A stretch of DNA of 64,000 bases from Candidatus Deferrimicrobiaceae bacterium (lineage in GTDB: Bacteria; Desulfobacterota; Deferrimicrobia; Deferrimicrobiales; Deferrimicrobiaceae): contig CAWBVY010000006.1 of NCBI GenBank assembly GCA_963792415.1, positions 1 through 64,000 on the forward strand, written 5' to 3'. Shown here piece by piece: positions 59,023 to 64,000 of the stretch (its first letter is position 1; each line of letters starts with the position of its first letter). Made by a program: the position numbers and the translations under genes. The notes below the pieces were generated by a model, which worked only from the letters and a program-made list of their open reading frames with translations, ran no database searches and was not told where the DNA came from.

Positions 59023-59660
59023 GGGAAACCGTCCTCCGCCTCCGGATGGTGGAGGAACAGATCCGCCGTCGGGGAATTCGCGACGTGCGCGTCCTTTCCG
59101 CGATGGAGGAGGTGCCGCGTCACCTCTTCGTCCCGAAGGAAATCCGTCACCGCGCGTACGGCGACGAACCGCTCCCGATCGGGGAGGGGCAGACGATCTC
59201 CCAGCCGTACATCGTCGCCGAGATGACGGCCGCGCTGCGGCTGTCGGGCACGGAGAAGGTCCTGGAGATCGGCACGGGCTCGGGGTACCAGACGGCGATC
59301 CTTTCGCGCCTCTGCCGCGAAGTGGTGACGATCGAGCGGATCGCGTCCCTCTCCGCCGACGCGCAGAGACGCCTCGCGACGATGGAGATCCAAAACGTGA
59401 CGTTCGTCGTCGGGGACGGGTCGCTCGGGTCCCCCGGCCACGCGCCGTTCGACCGCATCCTCTCCGCCGCGGCGTCTCCGTCCGTCCCCGCCCCCTGGGT
59501 CTCCCAGTTGTCGGAGGGCGGCATGATCGTCCTCCCGATGGGGGCCCGGTACGAACAGGACCTGGTCCGCGTCACCCGCACCGAAGGACGCACCGAAAAG
59601 GAATTTCTCGGCGGGTGCCGCTTCGTCCCCCTCGTCGGGGCGCACGGGTTCCCGGGTTGA
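59010..59660 (+). CDS. pcm: Protein-L-isoaspartate O-methyltransferase
   Basis: VPRHLFV, GQTISQP, VLEIGTGSGYQ, APFDRI, RFVPLV. Confidence 0.97.
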   Translation: MDLVRETVLRLRMVEEQIRRRGIRDVRVLSAMEEVPRHLFVPKEIRHRAYGDEPLPIGEGQTISQPYIVAEMTAALRLSGTEKVLEIGTGSGYQTAILSRLCREVVTIERIASLSADAQRRLATMEIQNVTFVVGDGSLGSPGHAPFDRILSAAASPSVPAPWVSQLSEGGMIVLPMGARYEQDLVRVTRTEGRTEKEFLGGCRFVPLVGAHGFPG

Positions 59661-60130
59661 CCGGACGGCACTGGATCGGCGCCCTCCTGTTCGCCGCGCT
59701 CCTTGCCGGGTGCGGGTCCGCCGCACGGTACCGCATTCCGGAGGATCGGCTCGACCGGATCCAGCTTCTTTCTCCCGTCGCCGGGAACGTTTCCTCCGGG
59801 TTCGGAAAGCGGTCCGGGGGCATGCACGAGGGGATCGACATCCTCGCGCCTGCCGGGGCGGAGGTCCGCGCCGCATCGCCGGGACTCGCGAAGTACGCGG
59901 GGAACGGGATGCGCGGGTACGGGAACGCCGTCATCCTCGACCATGGGCACGGGATCACGACGCTGTACGGACATCTGGCGACGATTCGTGTACAATCCGG
60001 CGAAACCGTAACGGCAGGGGCCGAAATCGGCACGGTCGGACGGAGCGGGAACGCCACCACCCACCACCTTCACTTCGAGCTGCGCGTCGACGGGGAGGCC
60101 GTGGACCCCGTCCCGTATCTGAATCGATGA
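59657..60130 (+). CDS. M23-family peptidase lipoprotein (NlpD-like)
   Basis: Lipobox LLAGC; HEGID; GYGN; TLYGHL; HLHFE. Confidence 0.9.
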   Translation: MTGRHWIGALLFAALLAGCGSAARYRIPEDRLDRIQLLSPVAGNVSSGFGKRSGGMHEGIDILAPAGAEVRAASPGLAKYAGNGMRGYGNAVILDHGHGITTLYGHLATIRVQSGETVTAGAEIGTVGRSGNATTHHLHFELRVDGEAVDPVPYLNR

Positions 60131-60140
60131 GGGAGTGCAC

Positions 60141-60668
60141 ATGCCGACCAGCGATCTGAAGAAGCGGATCCGCAACATCCCCGACTTCCCGAGGAAGGGG
60201 ATCCAGTTCAAGGACATCACGACGCTCCTGTCCGACCCGGCGTCCTTCCAGCAGGCAATCGACCTGATGGCGCACCGCCACTTCGCGGAGAGGATCGACG
60301 CGGTCGTGGGGATCGAGGCGCGCGGCTTCGTGATGGGGGCCGCGATGGCGTACAAGCTGGGGACGGGCGTCCTGCTCGTGCGGAAGGCGGGGAAGCTGCC
60401 GCACAAGACGGTCGCGGCCTCCTACGACCTCGAGTACGGGAAGGACCGCCTCGAGATCCACGAGGACTCCATCCGTCCCGGGATGAGGGTCATCGTCGCG
60501 GACGACGTGCTGGCAACGGGCGGAACCGTCGCCGCGGTCATCGGGCTGCTGAAAAAGCTCGGGGCCGATGTTGTAGAATGTTGCTTCCTCGCGGAGCTCG
60601 CCGATCTGCGGGGTCGTGATCAACTGAAGGGGCAGAAGATCTTCTCGCTGCTGAAGTTCGACGAATAA
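60141..60668 (+). CDS. apt: Adenine phosphoribosyltransferase
   Basis: [40 protein letters not shown]. Confidence 0.98.
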   Translation: MPTSDLKKRIRNIPDFPRKGIQFKDITTLLSDPASFQQAIDLMAHRHFAERIDAVVGIEARGFVMGAAMAYKLGTGVLLVRKAGKLPHKTVAASYDLEYGKDRLEIHEDSIRPGMRVIVADDVLATGGTVAAVIGLLKKLGADVVECCFLAELADLRGRDQLKGQKIFSLLKFDE

Positions 60669-60687
60669 ACAGGAAGTCGAGGGACGT

Positions 60688-60764
60688 GCCCCCGTAGCTC
60701 AGGTGGATAGAGCAGAGGTTTCCTAAACCTTTGGCCGGGTGTTCGAGTCACCCCGGGGGCGCCA
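60688..60764 (+). tRNA. tRNA-Arg(CCT)
   Basis: GCCCCCG/CGGGGGC acceptor stem, GAGGT-TTCCTAA-ACCTT anticodon arm, GGGTG-TTCGAGT-CACCC T arm, CCA. Confidence 0.96.
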
Positions 60765-60772
60765 GTAATAAT

Positions 60773-60808
60773 AATGGGTTACGGATTAAACCGTAACCCA
60801 TTTTCTTT
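60773..60808 (+). terminator. Terminator-like hairpin after tRNA-Arg
   Basis: AATGGGTTACGG-ATTAAA-CCGTAACCCATT followed by TTCTTT. Confidence 0.7.
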
Positions 60809-60820
60809 GAACGAAAATTA

Positions 60821-60843
60821 ATTCCCAGCATTATTCCCAGCAT
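60821..60843 (+). repeat. Tandem 11-bp repeat, likely a tyrosine-integrase arm-type site
   Basis: ATTCCCAGCAT-T-ATTCCCAGCAT. A degenerate inverted counterpart TGGCAGGAATAATTGGAGTAT lies at 63505-63525 near attR. Confidence 0.55.
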
Positions 60844-60941
60844 GTTTTATATATTTCGATTTTCGTGGTCCTGAGTTTCGCCGATATCGTATACAGGTGA
60901 TCACTTGACTCTCAAGCGTTGACGGCATGTTTCCTTCCCTA

Positions 60942-60985
60942 CTCATAATCCGAAGGTCGTAAGTTTCAATGACCGTCGGGCAACC
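60942..60985 (+). other. Degenerate 3' half of a tRNA-Met(CAT), likely a relic att core
   Basis: CTCATAATCCGAAGGTCGTAAGTTTCAAT...GCAACC resembles initiator tRNA CTCATAACCCGAAGGTCGTAGGTTCAAATCC...GCAACCA, starting at the anticodon loop. Confidence 0.55.
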
Positions 60986-61249
60986 CACCCCGAAGGCCGT
61001 CCTTTAGACGGAATTGATAAGGTGGTGTTTTTGGATCGGAAAAGCGCCTTTTGATCCGATCCGGTGCATCCAAGACCAGGAGAACGTTGAAGTTACCCCC
61101 GTTTGGTACGGAAACTCGCGGGAAGACCTCGTTCGACGCTTCCGGAATTGACACCCATGGCCGTTCAACGGAGGATAGAGATACGGGCTCCCAATCCCTC
61201 TTCACAGCACGGAACTGGAGTTGCGCTTCGTTTGGGGGGCAGGAAATCT

Positions 61250-62014
61250 ATGTGTCTTGTCGTATTTGCAAATGGTTGCCATCCGAACTATTGGCTGATA
61301 TTCGGGGCCAACCGTGACGAGTTCCGTAATCGGCCTACGGAGCCGGCCCGATACTGGAACGGTGCCCCTCACGTTCTGGCCGGGCGTGACCGACAGGCCG
61401 GAGGAACCTGGATGGGTGTTACGACCACCGGCAAGTTTGCGGCAGTCACAAATTATCGCGACCCTCGTAACAAGATCGTCGATTCTCCTTCGCGAGGAAA
61501 ACTGGTATCGGCGTATCTGCTGAAAAGAAATTTGACGCCGGAAGTTTATCAGTCGACTCTCCTCCGGGAGGGTCGGCAATACAACGGTTTCAATCTGCTG
61601 TTCGGCACCATTGATAAGCTCTATTATTTCACCAACCGGGGAAATTCCTCCGGGCGGATCCCTCCGGGGATCCATGGAATATCCAATCATCTGCTCGATT
61701 CGCGCTGGCCGAAAGTGAATGTCGCCAAGTCTCGTCTCGATGCCATTGTGAAACACGAAATTTTTGATCCGGAAGAGATATTTTCAGCGCTATCGGATCC
61801 TGTCCCGTTTGCTGACAATCTGTTGCCGGATACCGGGGTTGGTCTCGAACGGGAACGGATGCTTTCACCGCTCTTCATCAACGACGAAGAATACGGCACC
61901 CGCTCATCGACGGTTGTGCTGGCTGGCCGTGACGGCAAGGTAACATTCATCGAACGAACATTCGATCACAGTACGGGAACCTCCCCAAATCAACGCTTCG
62001 GCTTCCAACTGTAG
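61250..62014 (+). CDS. NRDE (TANGO2) family protein
   Basis: MCL start, ANRDEF, GRDRQAGGTW, SRGKLV, YNGFNL, YGTRSST. Confidence 0.93.
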   Translation: MCLVVFANGCHPNYWLIFGANRDEFRNRPTEPARYWNGAPHVLAGRDRQAGGTWMGVTTTGKFAAVTNYRDPRNKIVDSPSRGKLVSAYLLKRNLTPEVYQSTLLREGRQYNGFNLLFGTIDKLYYFTNRGNSSGRIPPGIHGISNHLLDSRWPKVNVAKSRLDAIVKHEIFDPEEIFSALSDPVPFADNLLPDTGVGLERERMLSPLFINDEEYGTRSSTVVLAGRDGKVTFIERTFDHSTGTSPNQRFGFQL

Positions 62015-62078
62015 TCAAACCCTGTAAGGAGGAGAGGAAGTAACGGTGTCGTGGCATAGCGTATAATTACACCAACCT

Positions 62079-62762
62079 ATGATTCCCATCCGCGACACGA
62101 TCCCATCCAGCCGCCTCCCCGCCGTCACCTACCTGCTGATCGCCGCCAATCTCGGTCTTTTCTTCTACGAGATTTCCCTTGGTGAGAACCTCCCACCGTT
62201 TCTCGAGCGGTACGCGGTGGTTCCCGCCAGGCTCCTCGGCGGCGGGGCCCTTTCCGTCCGGGAGCTGCTCACGCCCGTAACAGCGACGTTTCTCCACGGC
62301 GGGTGGATGCACCTGCTGGGGAACATGCTCTACCTCTACATCTTCGGGGACAACGTGGAGGACATCCTCGGTCACGGCAGGTACCTTCTGTTCTACATCG
62401 CGTGCGGCGCAGCGTCCTTCGCCGTGCAGATCAGCTTCCAGCCCGCCTCCGCGGTGCCAAACCTCGGGGCCTCCGGCGCGATCGCTGGCGTCCTCGGTGC
62501 CTACTTTCTCCTCTTCCCGCGGGCGCGCGTGGTGACGCTCCTGCCGCTGTTCATCTTCTTCACGACGGTCGAGATCCCGGCGGTCGTCTTCCTCGGCCTG
62601 TGGTTTCTGCTGCAGTTCCTGAGCGGCACCGTTTCCCTCGGACGAGCGGCTGCGACGGGCGGCGTCGCTTGGTGGGCGCACGTCGGCGGATTCGTCGCGG
62701 GGGTTGTTTTCCTGAAGGTGTTCTCGATCCGGGGACGGGGAAGGGCGGGCATCTCCGTTTAG
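62079..62762 (+). CDS. Rhomboid-family intramembrane serine protease
   Basis: MIPIRD, FLHGGWMHLLGNM, FGDNVED, GASG (catalytic Ser), AWWAHVGGF (catalytic His). Confidence 0.95.
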   Translation: MIPIRDTIPSSRLPAVTYLLIAANLGLFFYEISLGENLPPFLERYAVVPARLLGGGALSVRELLTPVTATFLHGGWMHLLGNMLYLYIFGDNVEDILGHGRYLLFYIACGAASFAVQISFQPASAVPNLGASGAIAGVLGAYFLLFPRARVVTLLPLFIFFTTVEIPAVVFLGLWFLLQFLSGTVSLGRAAATGGVAWWAHVGGFVAGVVFLKVFSIRGRGRAGISV

Positions 62763-62994
62763 CCCTTGACACGTGGGTGTCTACCGGGATTCCGCGTTTC
62801 CGTTCTTCGTCGGTGAGAGGACAGGGAAGCCTCGAACGTCGTCCACTCCCGAAGCCGGCAGGCTGCGGTGGTTAAATTCTAAAGCCCTGGAGCTTAAGCG
62901 TGATGTCGGGCGTCCAATGGGTGCCGATATCGAGCCCGCCCATTCGATTACAAAGGGTTGTTCTCGGCGTTTGTCATCGAAAGGAGAACGAATC

Positions 62995-63240
62995 ATGCCC
63001 AGCACCATTCAACTGCACCGTGTCCTCCGGGCTACTCCCGAGCGGGTCTACCGGGCGTTCCTCGATCCGGAAGCGATGGTCAAATGACTCCCTCCAAACG
63101 GATTTACCGGCAAGATTCACCACATGGACCCCCGCGTTGGCGGCTCGTACAAAATGTCGTTCACGAATTTCACCACGGGCAAGAGCTACTCCTTCGGCAG
63201 GGAGTATCTCGAATTGGTGCCGCACGAACGGATTCGCCAC
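62995..63240 (+). pseudogene. SRPBCC/AHSA1-family protein, nonsense mutation and 3' truncation
   Basis: MPSTIQLHRVLRATPERVYRAFLDPEAMVK*LPPNGFTG...VGGSYKMSFTNF...YLELVPHERIR. TGA at 63085 sits at the family's conserved Trp, and family similarity ends near 63240. Confidence 0.85.
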
Positions 63241-63555
63241 CTTCCCACAGCAGTACACGACACCGGGCGATGCGGCGTTCGTCGAGATCCTGTTTGGTTC
63301 CATGCGGAACGGGTTACCAACCCAGATAATTTTAGACGTTGATAACGTCTGATAGGTCGGATAGCAATAGCTGGAAACTTCAAAGGTATCGAAAAGTCTC
63401 GTCCACAAATTCCTTGAAAATATGAACGCACAGACCGAGGAAAATCATGGGTCGGAAGAGGAGAAATCGGTTGTCCACGAATGAGGTGTTTCTTGGACAC
63501 CAGTTGGCAGGAATAATTGGAGTATCATCTGACAGATACCGGCCATACACTGAGC

Positions 63556-63598
63556 CCTAAACCTTTGGCCGGGTGTTCGAGTCACCCCGGGGGCGCCA
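63556..63598 (+). repeat. attR: 43-bp duplicate of the tRNA-Arg 3' end
   Basis: Identical to 60722-60764. Confidence 0.92.
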
Positions 63599-63779
63599 TC
63601 TTCTTCACCCGTTCGAGATATCGTTCCACGTCCCGCCGCCGGAAGCGCCACTGGTTTCCGCTCTTGAACCCTTTCAGGTGACCGCGCCGCGCCATGTCGT
63701 TCACGACATCGGGGCTGAGATCGAGAAGGATCGCCAGGTCGCGGGTCTTGAGGATGCTCTGTTTGGCCTCGACGCTCAT
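63582..63779 (-). CDS. Excisionase-like HTH_17 DNA-binding protein (65 aa)
   Basis: RBS GAGGAGG; ILKTRDLAILLDLSPDVVNDMARRGHLKGFKSGNQWRFRRRDVERYL matches the MerR/Xis wHTH pattern. Confidence 0.85.
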   Translation of the reverse strand: MSVEAKQSILKTRDLAILLDLSPDVVNDMARRGHLKGFKSGNQWRFRRRDVERYLERVKKMAPPG

Positions 63780-63918
63780 TGGCCCCTCCTCGTTGCGGCA
63801 GGACGATTCGGGGTAAAAATAACATAACGTTATATTCATGTAAACAGATTTTTCCTGACGGGAAAACATATATAATCCATGTATTCCAGAAGTTTATCCG
63901 GACACCGGGGATGTGGGC

Positions 63919-64000
63919 ATGAGAGTCCTGCTTTATTCCGCGATCGGCATTCCCATACTGATCGCAGACGCCGTTCTTCTCTGGGTTCTCCCTGCGAGGA
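63919..64000 (+). CDS. Hypothetical membrane protein, runs off the window end
   Basis: MRVLLYSAIGIPILIADAVLLWVLPAR, a hydrophobic N-terminus. Confidence 0.35.
   Translation, partial: MRVLLYSAIGIPILIADAVLLWVLPAR

Larger units (their letters stand above)
60722..63598. mobile_element. Integrase-less genomic island relic integrated in tRNA-Arg(CCT)
   Basis: Identical 43-bp direct repeat CCTAAACCTTTGGCC...GGGGGCGCCA at 60722-60764 and 63556-63598, starting in the anticodon loop. AT-richer intergenic DNA and a pseudogene inside. Confidence 0.85.

Noticed and set aside
60966-61317. Short ORFs as an integrase remnant
   Set aside because: No R-H-R-Y tyrosine recombinase or serine recombinase motifs appear in the translated ORFs.
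62890-62912. GCTTAAGCGTGATGTCGGGC resembling the right end of an integron attC site
   Set aside because: The core reads GTC rather than GTT, and I found no matching RYYYAAC/L'' arm upstream.
63085-63087. In-frame TGA as selenocysteine or recoding
   Set aside because: It aligns to a conserved Trp, the gene is also truncated, and TGA is used as a normal stop throughout the window.

Overview
This is a GC-rich bacterial chromosome segment. Its gene order is deltaproteobacterial (Geobacter/Deferrimicrobium-like; inferred from synteny, not searched). (1) 1-10.2 kb: a surface-glycan locus with GT2, three GT4s, wzm/wzt, a GT2 fused to a nucleotidyltransferase domain, and a polytopic membrane protein. 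The first ~6 kb carries many frameshifts, probably assembly indels. (2) 10.3-17.2 kb: a sigma54 module with an FN3-like lipoprotein, a PAS histidine kinase, an NtrC-family activator, a minimal PEP-CTERM-like gene, a GAF-GGDEF-GAF-HD-GYP enzyme and rfbA. It has three -24/-12 promoters and a shared palindromic upstream motif. (3) 17.2-60.8 kb: intact housekeeping genes: tilS-ftsH-folP-cdaA-cdaR-glmM-pdxJ-acpS-nnr-tsaE-lysC-cimA-comEA; cysE-iscR-iscS-mnmA-mtaB-rnc-era-der-yihY-ppx-guaB-guaA-dnaE-hflX; tRNA-Val-thrS-infC-rpmI-rplT-pheST-ihfA; tRNA-Pro-surE-pcm-M23-apt-tRNA-Arg. Two intergenic spacers hold copies of a long hairpin repeat, and one copy contains two nested, oppositely oriented ~63-bp inserts. 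(4) 60.8-63.6 kb: an integrase-less island integrated at tRNA-Arg(CCT), bounded by a 43-bp att duplication. It has arm-type repeats, a relic tRNA-Met att core, NRDE, a rhomboid protease and an SRPBCC pseudogene. An excisionase-like HTH gene follows, with its stop codon inside attR. No CRISPR array or rRNA was seen.
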